A model generated the notes under the pieces. That model made no database searches. It was not told where the DNA came from and saw nothing but the letters and a program-made list of their open reading frames with translations. A stretch of 64,000 nucleotides of DNA, from NCBI RefSeq assembly GCF_037042905.1, contig NC_087251.1:39060001-39124000 (forward strand), written 5' to 3'. This document shows positions 1-14,593 of this stretch, piece by piece (the first letter of the stretch is position 1; every line of letters begins with the position of its first letter). The position numbers were made by a program, and so were the translations under genes. The DNA is from Lytechinus pictus. Lineage: Eukaryota.

Positions 1-55
1 TTATCTGTGTTAATCATTAATATATGTAAACAAAAACAAAATGTGTTTTGCACAG

Positions 56-3000
56 GACCAATGCTGCTATCGACTCGTCATCTTTGATGAAAGCTATGGA
101 CAGTGGGGAAGTATACGACCGAACGAAGATAGACTGGTAATGAAATATCATAATCAATTTTTTGTTAAATTAACATATTAAGATGATTGTCGCGGATCAG
201 GTCAGTAATGACCTGAAGTTTTTAATTGTTAAAGGTTATTTAATGCCCGCCTCTTTATCCGGGTAGGAAACTCATAAGAATACCTAGAATGTAACAAATA
301 CTTTTTTATGGAGAAACTGAAAATAATCATATTTATTTACTCTTAATTTTAGGGTAGGCACAGTCTTATAGTGAAAATACGTTTTTTTTTGTTTTTTTTT
401 ACACAATCCTGGCAACTTGCTGCATTATTCTTTACCGTATATGCTTTCAATACAATACTTTTTAAGGTTTTAATGATGTTTTCATCGTTAAGTCGAGTCT
501 TTAATAAATTTTACGCTATTTTCAGCGTAAAATTGAGCCAGATAATTACGGTTTCCAAGTAAAAAACAAAACGAATAATGTTTTATTATTTTCTAACAGA
601 TCTTGTTTCTCCTTTTTCACCCATTAGACCTGTCGGGGTAAAATCGATAAGGTGAAGGATCTTGAATATAAAATTAAATTGACTGGCCTTGATCCTACTT
701 GTCAGTTGATCACTGATGACATTGGTTTCAAAGTAAGTAGTGTGTTGTAACGGCAGTACACTCTCATTATTTTGGGTAAATTTCGTTCGGCAACACATTG
801 TTGGTTATAATTTTGCCCCAAACTGCACAAATTATTCCCGAACACGCATGGTCAAGATCATTTTGACCAAATCGTGCAAAGAAAGTGCTGCTCAACTATA
901 TACCAATCGAATTCTTACCAAAAGTTGTCACATCGATATTAAATCTACGTCTTCGCTAGATTTTGGTAAATTCTTTGAAGTATCTTAATTTTGTGTGAAT
1001 GTGTGTTAATTATCGGTCAACAAGAAACATCACAATTTTCAATTACCGTTTGGTTGTTCTACTAACCAACACAGCTTTGACATCAAGCTCTTTAATGTTT
1101 GATGGACAGAATAGGCTTAAGACCCAAAGTTGGTTATGGATTGGTTAAAACATTGACCAACTATTTTAAGAGTGTACGACCTATATCCATTTCCTTGGAG
1201 AAATACTAAGTGTTACTTCTTTGCTACGTGTTCAATTTGTACAATTTAATAAAAGAATACGTTAGACCTGTTCTAGTAATTGTTATCAACATCATCCTCA
1301 GATCACTGTTATCATCATCATTATCATCATCATAATCGATATTATCATCATCATTTTTGGTGTAATAATCAGTAATAGAAGTAGTAAAAATATTTCAGTA
1401 GAAACAATAGAGGTGATATTGCTAACTTTCCTCCATTCCAAACTATTATACCGGTATAACAACTGATATAAACGCAGACCAGATGAAACAATAAACAAAT
1501 TCAAAACAGTTTTTTTTTTCTTATTTTATTGTATAATTATTTTCATTGTATTTCTGGACAATACCACGTTATAAATATTTTTTTTCATTATTTTGTTATT
1601 CAGTGGCTTGTTTGTCAAGATACCATCACCTTCGAATCCCGACAGCGACCACAGCACTACTTCGTTCAGTTGGCAAATTGTAGGAGTAATCGAAAGGGGT
1701 TAAGGAACGTCTCGTACACCTTACATATGACCAATGGGAAAGATGGACTCTGGACGGAATTTGCAGAGAACCAGAAGTGTAAGATTTTGTCATCAGGTTT
1801 TTTTAATTGATTTATGGCGTACGGTTTGCGTCATTTTTAGGTATATATACAAAATATATAACAGAAAAAACATAACTGATTAAAAATATCGATGATGTGC
1901 ATAAACTTATTAATCATGGAAGTTGACATTAATTAGAAAAAAGGCACTCGGTCTAATTATCAATGAAATAAAATAATTCCTATCAAAGGGAAAATATTCT
2001 ATTATTATCAACATCATGTCAACCTTATCTATTTCCTGTTATCAAGGGTGTCTTAATATCATTGACTTCATACTCATTCCTTTCTCAATCAGGATATATA
2101 TGATTTCTTTCTTACAGTCATGATGGAGACTGACTTGGCCTTCTTTCTTGGATACGTGGCGATGACTATCGTGGCTACTCGATTCAGATGTAAGTATATA
2201 ACTACTTCACAAATTTCAGTTATTTATCATATTTTCCCCTTACAGCTGTAAGAGGAATTAGTCTATTCTCTCTCATGTCTACATTTAACTTCTAGCGGTG
2301 GTGTTTACCTTTTTATTACAAGATTTTGAAGGATTACCAAAATCAGACTTTCGTGTAAAATTTCTCACTTTCATTCATCATTTTGTTTTTAATTTTTGTT
2401 CTAGACGTCTTGTCGCTGAGGAAACTACTGCACCTAACCTATCGGTTATTCTACAGCAGTCTGTTCTTCAAGACAGTGTGTCTTCTACTCCTAAACATCG
2501 ATTTATCGAGGTTTGCCCGGACCGGACTTGAAATGACTAAGATGCAAGACGCTGGTAATTGAAGCTTATATCAACACTTAAAATATCAATCTCAAATTTT
2601 CAATCTCCTAAAATGATCCATCATTGAATACTTTGTTAAAATATACCAAAAATGTGATTATAAAGAATAATAAAGAGAAGTATTATTATATATAATTTTT
2701 TTGGCATTGAGAAGCATATTTATTGGTATGACTTTATTCATCTGTTTTTTTTTTCAGCTGAGGTTTTCTCGTGGCTGTCTACGGTTTTCTTTGTGTGTGT
2801 TCTGCTGCTTGTGTCAAAGGGGTTCTCTATCACCAGGTAAGTACAATCTCACACAATGTCAGGATAAATTAATACGAATAAGAGCCCACATGTTAACCCA
2901 GTAATTCAAATTTTGAAGTTTCTTTCCATCACACTAGGAAATGAAGGATCAAGATTGCACCTTAAATGAAACACTAGTAGCACATTTTGCGGTGTCATCT

Positions 3001-6000
3001 TGCACCCTACGTGAAAAAATAACTTCTTGGGTAACATTTTGCACCCGGATATGCAAGTCTGCACCAAAAGGTGCAAAGCTGCATCCTTTACGTTAACATT
3101 GTTAATAAGGGTTTTAAATTGGTTCCTTCCTGAGATGGTTCAGCTCTGCACCATCTAGGTTGCACAGTGTAGCTAAATGCACCCATTTAAGGTGCATCAT
3201 GTGTATATTATAGCACACATGAGCAACCTCTTGTGCTGCTATTTTACCAAATATAGGGTACATTTATGGATCCCTATTAGTGTGAATGAACATTGTCATA
3301 AGCTATTTCTTCGTCTTAAAAGTAATGAATGAGCTTTGATACTTGGAATACGGTTTGTTATTACTTGTTGTCATATCTGGTAAGCCTCAGTCAAACTATC
3401 AGGTTGTCAACAACAATATTTGTTTGAAAAGTTTGCACACAATTTGAAATGTTTGCAATCAGGTCGATCGAAGATAGGCGCTGTCGCAATGGTAGTGTTG
3501 ATGAAGCTGGAGTTTTTGATGATGTAGATGGAGATTATTACAATGATCAAAATGATGAGGAGGAGAGGATAATGAATTATTTTTTCTTTTTACAGAGCTC
3601 AGATAAGCCTACCTGGAACAGTGAAGACGGTATGTTTTTGTTTCATCTACTTGACATTCTACACAATCGTCTTCTTTGACCAACGTGTGCTCCTGGACCC
3701 CCAAGACACCATTACTAGTATGACGTCACTATCAGCAAGCGGTTTGATTGGCTTAAAGTTTACAGGTAAGAGAATGTTCTTTTATATCAAGAAGGTAAAC
3801 AACCCCAGAATGATTGTTATGCTACGGTACTGATCATGAAATTTGTTAGCAAAATGAAATAAATTAATTGGCAATCTGATTGATATTTGGCCACTACAAA
3901 AATACGCTTAAAATAAATCGGAATGTCTCTAAGTATTTTGTCACGGGCCCACTCTTATTATAGTAAGATAATAACAAAATATATCCTTTTATCTCATTCT
4001 TTCATTCTGTTTCTCTCTTCAGGCGCTATCATATTCGTATACGGCTGTATGGTAACAATCAAGAACCACCCAAGAAAGGTGCCCTTCTATTTACCATTCG
4101 CTATCTTCTTTAGTGTTTGGTTTGTAGCTGAGCCTACCTATCGACTTTTATCCTTGTACGTCTACCCAGTTCTGAAAAGGTATTTAATATTCTTTTTGTT
4201 CCTATCACATAAACAGGACAAAATGTGCTTTACTTAATGATCAGAAGGAAATTAACCTGCGTAGAAAACACATTATAAGAATATTCCGTTTACAATCTTG
4301 TTTTAAAAAAAAACCCGAGAACATGCCTTCTCAATATCTCGATAAAGACTTTCTTTTAAATTTCGTTTACACATAATCAAATTAAATTTAAAAAAATCAA
4401 ATTAATGGTAGAATCTTATCATGTTAATCAATACAATGGAATACACAATCCTCAGTATTTATCTGTTTAAGAGAACATTCATGTAGGTGTACATATTAAT
4501 TATTGATAGGTTAGGCAAAGCTCAAGGTATCCTCCATTGTGTCATGAATAGCATTTGTATATATACCAAGAGATATTCAAAATGCAATGTCTCATTAATG
4601 GGTATATTTTGTTTACAAACTCACATACAGAAATGAAATGATGTGACTATTCAGTAATTAAATGAACCCAAATCCAAACTCATTCACATATATTACCAGT
4701 TTATCTGCATCACACTTTCTTTCTTTTCTTTTTTTCACAGTCCGAATATCTGGAATGGGATTGACCTGGCTTTGTCTTTTGCTGGACATGCATATTTCCT
4801 GTATTTAACGCGACCGGACCGTCTAAATAAATTGTTCCCTTTCCATCTGCGAGCAGGCAAGGTATACATAAAGGCTATTTTTATTATTACTTTTCAATGT
4901 TATTCATTTATTTATTCACTTTTTCCCGTCAACATCATGTATCTACGATTTAAAAACAGATGAGTTCTGGTTACATTGCCTTCTCGTAAAAGACTCATAG
5001 AAACTATCTTAAATATTTTACTTGAAAAGAAAAGTTCAGAAAATGATTATTACATTTTTGCTGAAATAAAAGAGGAGAACGTAAAAGCGTAATGATAAAA
5101 ATATACATATTGGCCTTTTGATTTATTGTGATTTGTTCTTCTTAACCTAGGTTTCTTTCCGTGATATCGATGAGAACGTAGAAGATCTCTATGCTCCTTC
5201 GAAGGACTTTTATTTCGTTTTCCAAACTGGAAAGAAATCGAATACCAGAACTGGACCGGCATTGACTATTCCCGAAGAACCCCAGCACTTCGAAACACCT
5301 GTGGTAGGCTTCTGTTTAATCTAGAATTCCATATACCTTTTTCATAATTAACAAGCTATGAAATAAGTAATGAAACATGAATGACAAATAAAATGAAATT
5401 GAATAGAATGTTATTATGTTCTTATGTACAACGTCCCCCCCGAAGGTAAGAAAATACTGTACATTTAACAACTAACCGGCCTAAAAAAATTTTCAATCAA
5501 AGACAAACACTACATTTTCCTTTACGTGTTGTTCGAAATTCAATTTTCTTCTAAATTCAGGTGGCTTTCAACGCACCTTCTGAAGAGTGCCTGGCTGTTC
5601 TTCCTCGACCATCCTTACCTGACATACCAACCGTGTCTGCTACTGTCGACCTATCGTACCGAACACCTTCACCGGTTATACCAACGGTATCTGGTACTGT
5701 CCAGAAACAGACACCTGCAACGTCCTCGGTATTTGTTTCCATGCCTTCCGTAATGGCTAGGCAGTCATTTAAGATCACTCCTGCTGGCTCACCAACCTGT
5801 AAGGTACGCATGGAACAAATTCATGAGGAAGACAGGACGGCAGTTGAGATATCCACGGTAGGTTGGAAAAGATTATTCATTTTAGATTTTAAAAAAAATC
5901 TCTCATGGACACCGAGCTCTTTCAATCGTACAAATTGCAATACAAGTATTTCATATGATGTTTTGTCACTTTGCAAATTTTGTCTAGGTTAGCTAAGAGT

Positions 6001-9000
6001 AAATTTATCGATTCCTTGTGTGTTCAAGAGGTTGTCAATCAATATTTAAATTTTTATTGACTTTTTATGATATGATGACATGAAAAAAATTATTTGTTAT
6101 TTAACAACCGAATACATTAACAATCAACGCTGTTAAACTCAACTTTATTAAGAAGATCGAGCTTTGTTTTAATCAATTGAAAGTTATAAATATTATATAC
6201 ACACCATTTCATTTACTTATATTTCATATAGGCTTCTGTTCCTAATGGAGGGTTCTTTGTATTTTGCGTCCAGAAACAACCGGTGAGTACCTTTAAGATT
6301 TAAAGTTAACAATACAATACAAATAATATAAACTTTAGGGTGGGTTCTCTCTTGTTTACTAAAGATAATGTATGTTTATGTTTATTCGGTGAAGCAAATA
6401 AACATTTTTTTAAATAATTATTTTAATGCCCAAAAGTGCACTTGTATTTTGAATTCCTTGACATTTGAACCATTATTAAGCGAACTACAGAGCTATCTAA
6501 TGAAGATGTTAACATCGTGTACTTAATACAGGACACTGGAACTTCTCTTGTATATGATTCCATCTCAAAGGAACACAAGGATACATTACAATCTGACGAA
6601 AAGGTATAGTATTTTATTGATCTAAAAATTTATTTTAGCTTTAGAGCAAAGAAACGGTTCATAGTGAAGAATTTGCCATTTAATGGGATTATGAATACAA
6701 AAATGATTTTGATGATGATGATGATAATAATAATAGTAACAACAAAAACAATGATATTGGGTTCGTACATATATATCGCTCAGGTCTGTCAGAGTGTCAG
6801 ATATAACTCTCAGGGCACTCCACGATATTTTTTCCTTTAGCCTAACTGTCTAAAGGGCGCTTTAGCATTTCAAGGAATCAATTCCTGCCGAATCTCTATT
6901 TACCTCAACTGAGTCGAATGGGGCATAATGTAGATTGATCAACTTAAATTATTTGATATTTTAAAGATCATATTTTCTCCTTGATCCTAAAGTTAAGTGT
7001 TTGGTACATAGAAGGACAATTATTCATAAAACGGACTACAACAACGTAAAGAATCGTGTTGCATACACGATCCAAGAATTATTCCAATCTAACTTTCACC
7101 GTCAAGAACACTGTTGTCAAAGTTTACACTTCTTACTGTTTACGTATAAATTGAAACCTAATTTTCATATCAAATAAACTTTGCTTTTATTTCTTCTGTC
7201 ATAGCTTGTTGCTCCAAAAGGAGGATATTCTATCTTCTCTGTGAACAAGCGACCGGTAGGTATCTCAGAATGTATGACCGTAGTTATTATCAGATGGATT
7301 TTTAAATTCTTTATAATGGTAAATATCATCATACATTAAAGCAACGTGAATTATACTCTACTGCATATGATTTTTACCAAAATCTGATTGAACATGAATA
7401 TACATACTTCCAATAGACAAACAATGATTTCTTTTACATTATTATGACGAGTTTACAAGTTAATGTAATTGTTTCTTCTATAAGGACACACCGTCTTCTT
7501 CCAAGAACACTGGCATGGATGTAACGGATCAAACACAGACCAATTCTGTGAACAAGGTAAGGGCATAAAAAGCACACATTGCACATAATACACTTAATCA
7601 ACTTATTTGAATTTTCTCAGAGTTTCATTAAATTTGTTTGAGTCAATGTACCAATATATAAATATGTTTTGTTTGCACAGTTAGCAGTTTTAGTTTCAGT
7701 TTATGAATTAGTTTTAGCAGGGTATCTTGTCCATGGCTATAGCTATTACACTCGTACTTTATTTAATATATTCGCATTTTATTGTAAGAAATGAAATGTC
7801 ATTTTTCATATAAAAACGAATATGAGAAAACATACTTTAATAGTTCTTTCTATTTCATTCCTTGTAACAGAAGCAATCCAGTGGTAAGAATGCTTGCAAC
7901 TTCCTGCCAAGGATCACACCATCCATCGAATCCACTTTGTCATCTTCTTCTTACACCATCAAAGGATCCGACTCTGATGCCAAACTGGCCAACTTTCCTC
8001 TGGAGAACCTGCCAGCGACTTGCAAACCCTATCAACATCAAGAGCCTCTGAAGACCAAGGCCCGTTATGAATCTGTATATGATGCGGGATCTGATGATAA
8101 GGTGAATGAGACCTTGGCTGGTGAGAATCCGAAACAGATGGCCATCAGATCAGTGGATGACTCTGTCTTTCAACCTAAAGACACAGATGAAACCGAATGT
8201 TATAGCCAGGTCAACGGCGGCACCAAAGTGAGGCTAATTAGCGTGCGACCAGCTCAACATGCCAACTCGCCGTTAATGACCAATGGAGAATCCGATTCTG
8301 ATTCTGAGGTACCTGAGATCCAAAGCCAGAATAACAGCGGCACTCCAAATGTGAGGTTAATTCAAGTAAAACCGGCCAACGACCCATACGTGAAGATCGC
8401 TACTACCAGGCAATCTAGACCTGCCGATCAAGCTTTGGAGAAGAAGAGTTCAACTAAGGAATGCAACAACACCGTCAGCAGTGCACGCTTCATCACCGTA
8501 AAATCAGTGCACGAGCCTCTGCCAACCTTGGCTAATCGTGTATCTGCTGCTCTAGTCCAGAAAGCCCTTGATGCTACGAATGAGACCGTCCCAGAAATAA
8601 AATCAGTTTCTGACGATATTACAATCTCCCAGCCAGAGTCTTCTTCCTTGGCAACGAATGACGTGCTCCAGATCAAGAATCTCGGACCTGTTGTAGATTC
8701 TCAAACGAGCCCCTGGAGCAATCAAAGAGCCAAGTCACCAACAACGGACAAGGAAAAGTTTCTGATGAAAATTTCCTCAATCTAGACAATGGACATCCAA
8801 CCTGTCCAAGTGAAACAGATATTGCTTCAACATCTGGGGATCACGCTCTTGTTCCTGTGGCCAATGGAGGGGACTTTTCGAAGGTGATTTATGATTTTTT
8901 CTTCTTCAAATGTCAGGCTTTTAACGTCACTTTACATAATATTTAACTAAAAAGTACTTCTGGGCTTTACAAGAGACGCCGTGAAATTCTCTTTTGTACT

Positions 9001-9637
9001 TGAAAATATTCATCTAGTGTTTTTTTTCTTATATCCTCTATGTAGCCTTCTAAAAAGACCCGGAAGGAGCCTTCACAAAGACGATTCCCCAAATCAACCA
9101 ACCCGGGAATGACAACGGATACCTCTTCTCATAACCAAAAAATGGTAATTACACAATCCGAGTCTATTCAGTGTATTTTCATATGAATTTGTTTCTTAAC
9201 TGTTAAGTGGTGACTCTATAAAAGATATATTTCATTACAAGTTTAAAACAATCCAAAACATCTAAAACATTTCAATTACTAAAGATTATTGAAACCTAAA
9301 CTTTGTTTAGAAAGGTTTGAAATAATCTTACAATGCTGATTAAACATTAGAAAAATTGTGTGATTTTGATGATGTCTTTATGTAACACGTGTCGGTCGTC
9401 AATGCATGTACCATGCAAACCAAATATATTTTAAATATCAACTTTCTATACCATGTTTTTTAATCGTATTTCATTTTCTTCCAGCAGCTCATAATTTTGA
9501 GATCTTCTTATTCTCTTTTATTCCTTTTCATATTTCCTTGTCTTTAGGCTATGGATTCAAAGACAAAGAAGAAGAAGCTCAAGAAATTCCTAAAGCTCGC
9601 ACGCAAGCACAAGAACAAGCCTGCGAAAGCGGATTAG
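56..9637 (+). CDS. TMEM145: TMEM145-like GOLD+7TM gene, upstream copy A (5'-partial; frameshifted in exon 18, so truncated or a pseudogene)
   Basis: GT-AG exons with consistent phases: 56-136, 628-732, 1604-1778, 2118-2189, 2405-2554, 2758-2836, 3596-3765, 4023-4179, 4741-4861, 5151-5303, 5561-5857, 6232-6282, 6532-6603, 7205-7255, 7485-7556, 7871-8883, 9046-9144, 9548-9637. Motifs LHMTNGK, METDLAFF, LLHLTYRLF, SKGFSITR, HPRKVPFYLPF and LTRPDRLNKLFPFHLR follow TMEM145 (MVLTNGK, LETDVTF, LLHTTYKMF, GKGFTVTR, FPEKQPFYVPF, MTRPSAANKNFPYHVR, recalled). Exon 18 is 1013 nt vs 1059 nt in copy B, giving an early TAG at 8783-8785. Confidence 0.8.
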
Positions 9638-10321
9638 GAACTATCAGATCGCTTCAACTATACTGCAATGATTGAAAACAAACCGGATACCTTTGGGCCA
9701 TAAACAAACCTTCAATTCACCTAGAATATTATCCCATAAGAAAAAAAAATGGGCATGTCTTTGGATCATTTACCGAAACTGAAAAAAAAAGAATTTTCAA
9801 TAAGTCTTAGTTACGAACTCTAAAATACAATTTATTTTGTTTAGGAAAAAGGCTAAATATGCAACAGGTCATATATAGAGAGCCACTATTAACTGAAGCA
9901 ATCAGGGGGCTTTAATTTCATTAAAAACTGGCAGAGTTCTGAATGATGGTTACAAACAAATTCAGGCTTATTCATTTATTTCCAAAAGGATAATGGTATG
10001 TTATATTCTAATCATAGACAACTTTATTTCAGTTCTGATTTTCAAAGAGAATTTATTTTGCAGTTTGAGGAGTCCATTGCCATACTCTTCAACCACTAAT
10101 GATTAGTTACTTAAAAAGTCATATTGAAATAATTCAATGACGAATCTTGAATATACTTGAAAATTGAATTCATTTAACTTACTGAAACAAAAATATTGTC
10201 AACAAAAAGTATGCATACTTCATTGGAAATAAAGCTATAAAACAATCTGCAGATTCTGACATGCCATACAATGAATCAAGCTATATATGATAATGGAAAT
10301 GCTTTGTTAAGTCTCATTCTC

Positions 10322-10327
10322 AATAAA
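10322..10327 (+). terminator. Candidate polyadenylation signal of copy A (equivalent AATAAA at 28611-28616 in copy B)
   Basis: AATAAA is present in both copies, followed by U/GU-rich sequence just before homology ends. Confidence 0.4.
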
Positions 10328-13013
10328 GAAATATTAAAATAATCAACGTTTAAAACGTTCTTGTTTCTGAATGTGTGAAGTAAGCGCATAATGCGAGTGT
10401 GTGTGTGGTTATGTGGGTGTTCGACCATGAATATACCAAGAACAACCATCCCTCAAGAGCACGGAAGGCATCATAAATATGTATTCGATTGACTGGACTG
10501 CAATTTTGATGACACTTTTTATGAGTTTAGTTTTTAACAGGATATCCGAACGTCCAATGCAATATTTGTTCATGTATAGATTTCAGTGTAAATATTTTTT
10601 GTTGTTTTGTAGGTACTTTTCGACGAACGTAGAGGGCGTCAAGTGCTGGTGCTCTCTACGTTCGTTGATATTTTTATAAATTTGAATATTGATTTCAATC
10701 TGGTTATATGACGTAACAATTCAATTTCTTCACTTAACTGAGTTAAAAAAGGTAAGGATATAGAAAATGAGAAATTTGTTTACTTCCCGCTCTGTATAGG
10801 GTACTCAATATCAACATTGTCCAGTTTTTCTTCTCTTTCGTGTGCGGAGCGGACAAACAAAACATATACTTTTGGATGTTTTATTGATTTGGTGCATTGT
10901 TAATATAAATGTTATTTATCATAGCGAATATGTTAACGTCGAATGTAGGCAATCAAACATTTAAATTTATATTTTTTCTATGGATCCATAGTGTGTATGT
11001 TAAAATCCTATACATTAAAAACATGCTTAATAAGATATTTTTTATGCTTATAATACAATGCTTTTAAATGAATATTGATACTTTAGCATGTCTCGTGTGC
11101 TGAGTTTTCCTTTTGAGAAAAGCCTTCTATTCATTGCCAAATATACGAGGATAAACGAAATGGTATATAAATAACAATTTGGACTTTTTACAAAATTGTA
11201 TTGATCTAATTTGTTGAAATATGTTTCGTTACAATGGGGAGACTCGTAAAAGAATATTGAATGCACAAAAAATGTTTTCGCGTAAAACAAACAGCTCTAC
11301 ATAATTATGCCTATTTCTTATTTGCATTGACTACCATTGTAATATGTGAAATAAGTGAATCATTACGTTGCGATGATGGTGTGGTCTTATTTGCAATAAA
11401 CTTCCAAACTGCTTATAAGAAATAAATTGCCGGGAATGAAGGCTTTGACAATTAATCATTATGGTGATTAAGTTTGCCGATCAAATTTGGAATGTATAAC
11501 TTATAAAGTAAATACAGCCTGATATGAAAGGATATGAAATGAAAATTGTAATGTTGAAAGTAAAAAAAATGTAATAAGTCATTTTTGAAAACCAAACCTG
11601 TCACTTGTGTGGATTGTTTGGGAGCTTCGTAGCTGAAGCTTATATTTTCATGTAAACTTTTAAAAACAATTGGTTAAAAATTGTTAACATTTCTTGCCTG
11701 GTAACCTAATGTATGTAAACATAGTCTTTTTCTACTTAGCTAGCTTTTGTATTGGTATTAATTTTCCATATCACAACCTTAAAAAAATACAAAGTTAATA
11801 GATGTATATACATTATGAAATGTATAATAGGCCTGTCGTGAAACGGTTGAATAAACCCAACTCAGCTTTGTAAATATGCTAAAACAGTTCTTCCGTGTGG
11901 TACAGGAAATATACAGTGTACATTTATTGATTTTCTTTTTTTTCCTGTAAATATTCACTACAGGAATGTTATCATTTTTGTAATAATGTATTTCCCTTTA
12001 TTGAAAAAAATCATGCTTTTTAACGTAAAATATTTTCAAAAAATAGTACAAAATTGTTGGAATTGCTATCGGATGGATCAAAACTAAATTTATCTTATTA
12101 AAAATAGAAGAAGCCGGGTTTGAAGATTTATGTGGGTGTATTCCTCTTGACCTCCCGCCCCCCCCCCCCCTTTGCGTACTACCACGGCTGACTATCGAGA
12201 TAAAATGAATCTGAATCCAGAGAAGTCTTGTGGCGGTCCTGGGGAGGGGGGCATCTAATAAAGAACAAACAAACTTTCGATAGATCAGTATGCAAAGGGA
12301 CAGGTGCGTTGCTATATCCTTTGTTAGTCAAGAGAAAATCATTAAACTTTTGTCTGCACAGATGATGGCATTTTATTCTGAGTAAAGAAACTATTAGTCG
12401 ATGGAGTATTTTTGTTTGATTTCGTTTTTTTTCCTGCGTTGATTAGATGTTATAAAAGATAAACAGTAGCAAGAGTTTAAAATAACTGAAAAAAACGTGA
12501 TGTCGAGTACATGATTTAAGTCATGATTCAGTTGAAAATATATGCAGTGTGGAAAGCAGGAGACCGCCATCGCGAGTGGTAAGGGCTGAATAGATGTGTG
12601 TTGCATTGGCATTAGTGTGACCATTACTGTAATTGAATTTTTAAGAATTATTAATTTGAATGTATGAGGAATTTATGTATCATAATTATTATAACACAAT
12701 TAGTACTGTTATTGTCTTATATTAATGCTCGTTAAGAGCAGGGCAAATGACAGCCTTGTTTAATGAAAACAGCATCGGTGGTCATTAACTTGGCCTTAGT
12801 CTCATAATGATTGTTCTAAACTTGACATAATTAGGAGGCCAGAATCGAGGTACATTATGGAGGTATTATCACCATGTTAATTTTTTTATCTTGATGACGA
12901 ATTTGCCTTATCTCAGTTAATTCGTTTTTTTCTGACTGCAAGCTTTTTTTTTCATTCCCCTTTTTTCCGATATACGTAGTATCTGGTCTTTTCATTTGCA
13001 CAGTGTTCTGAGC

Positions 13014-13368
13014 CAGTGCCCTGGGAACGATTTTTTTTTAAGTGAGGGTGTTGAAGTTGATTTTGAAAAGCGAAAAAAGGGTCTTTTAAATAAAATAGAA
13101 GTCAAATTGGTACCGATAAAATTTGAAACCCCCCCCCAAAAAAAAAGTTTTATCTACAAAATGAAGGTCTAATTGGTCCAGAGAAATTTGAAAAAAAAAA
13201 AATGTATCTCTACAAAATTTAGGTCATTTTGGTTACATTTTCCCTTTTTTACACATCCTCCAGAATACCTGGGGTTGCTGCCTATGGAAAATAATACACG
13301 CATCACTTTCAAGGAGTTTTTTTTTGGGGGGAGGGGGTGCTTCAGCACCCCCGCTTACCAGGGCCATG
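13014..13368. mobile_element. hAT-like MITE
   Basis: Termini cagtgccctggg / ccagggccatg; 8-bp TSD ttctgagc/ttctaagc (7/8). Confidence 0.55.
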
Positions 13369-14344
13369 TTCTAAGCCCCGACTGTACTCCAAGCTGAGGT
13401 CTATCCGCCCTCTCACACGGTACCAAAATCGTAATTTGAATGACGATTCCAGTGAAAAATAATTTTAATGACGAATTTTTAGCACGTGTGAAACCAAACT
13501 AGAATCACGCATGCTAATCACAATCACGACAAATTCTACTCCGGAGGTGAATTCCTGTTCGGTTTCACTCAAATTACGGTACGAATTTTACGTCTGGAAG
13601 GGTTGACCTGCAAAACAACTTTTGAGGGGCGGCCTTACGTGACCTTTCAAGCACTTCCTTAGATATTAAATACAATTGTCATGCACTCATCGTAGTTTCT
13701 TTTTCGCGAATCAAAGAAAGCATTCGCGTCAAATACACATTAAAAACAGATGCGATCGAATATTTTTACTCTCTTAATATGAAAGACCTAATCTGGTCCC
13801 CAGTATGGTCCCTAATCACACTCGTGTCGGTGTTGGACGATCTCACTCCTTATGAAGTGAGTTTTGCATCTTTTGAGACTGGATTAATTAAGGATGCACA
13901 TGACAGTTCACTCAAAAAGGAGTCATAATGTACTCTAAAATGATGTACAGTTCACTTCAAAGGGATTGGTCCCTGGTATCACTCTGAGAGGAATGTGATA
14001 AGGGACCAAACAACTCATTTGCATCTAGAGAGAATGAACATGTAAATTGACTTATGGATTATAATCGCCCGTGGCGGACCAGGGGGAGGGGGCAAATCTG
14101 GCTCGTGCGCCACCCCCCCCCCCCTGTGAGTCATTAAATAAAATATTTGTAGAATAATATGTTGGGGATACGCAATAATTGAAGACCTTTTTATTCTTTT
14201 TTTTTTGAGCTTGTCAATTTTTCTGAACAGAAATACCCCTCTTCTGGAAAATCCTGAATCCGCCCCTGATTATCACTAATTTATACAACCTCTTACCCAT
14301 TTCCAAAGTGGCTACTGCCCTTGGACCGCCCATCATTTTTTCAT

Positions 14345-14455
14345 GAGAGCGCATGCATTATTACGTCACTCCTAAAGCGTGCATACGTCATCATCTAAGT
14401 GTTAACCGCTTGCATTGTTACGTCACTCGAATAATGCGCGCATACGTCAGTAACT
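14345..14455 (+). promoter_or_regulatory. Proximal promoter of copy B: duplicated ~57-bp module with four CRE-like sites
   Basis: (T)TACGTCA at 14361, 14384, 14418 and 14443, in two imperfect direct repeats (gcattattacgtcactc...gcatacgtca / gcattgttacgtcactc...gcatacgtca), about 150-230 bp before the ATG. Confidence 0.55.
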
Positions 14456-14593
14456 GTTGTATTATCTACTCCACGTTGCTACCAACTAATCACAATTTTT
14501 TCAAGCTTTTCATCGATCGGAACAAACGTTGAATTCAGCATGTAATTCGCAAGAAAATCAAGTGAATAAAGCTGATTTACCGAAAGATCGACT

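Larger units (their letters stand above)
1..10400 (+). repeat. Segmental tandem duplication, copy A (pairs with ~18190-28690)
   Basis: Exons, introns and 3'UTR align collinearly with 18190-28690. Similarity ends just after 'gtgtgaagtaagcgcataatg' (about 10390 and 28680). Confidence 0.95.

Noticed and set aside
7937-8785. Stand-alone 282-aa and 353-aa (26153-27214) genes
   Set aside because: They are internal exon 18 of the TMEM145-like genes; they start at TTG and have flanking splice sites.
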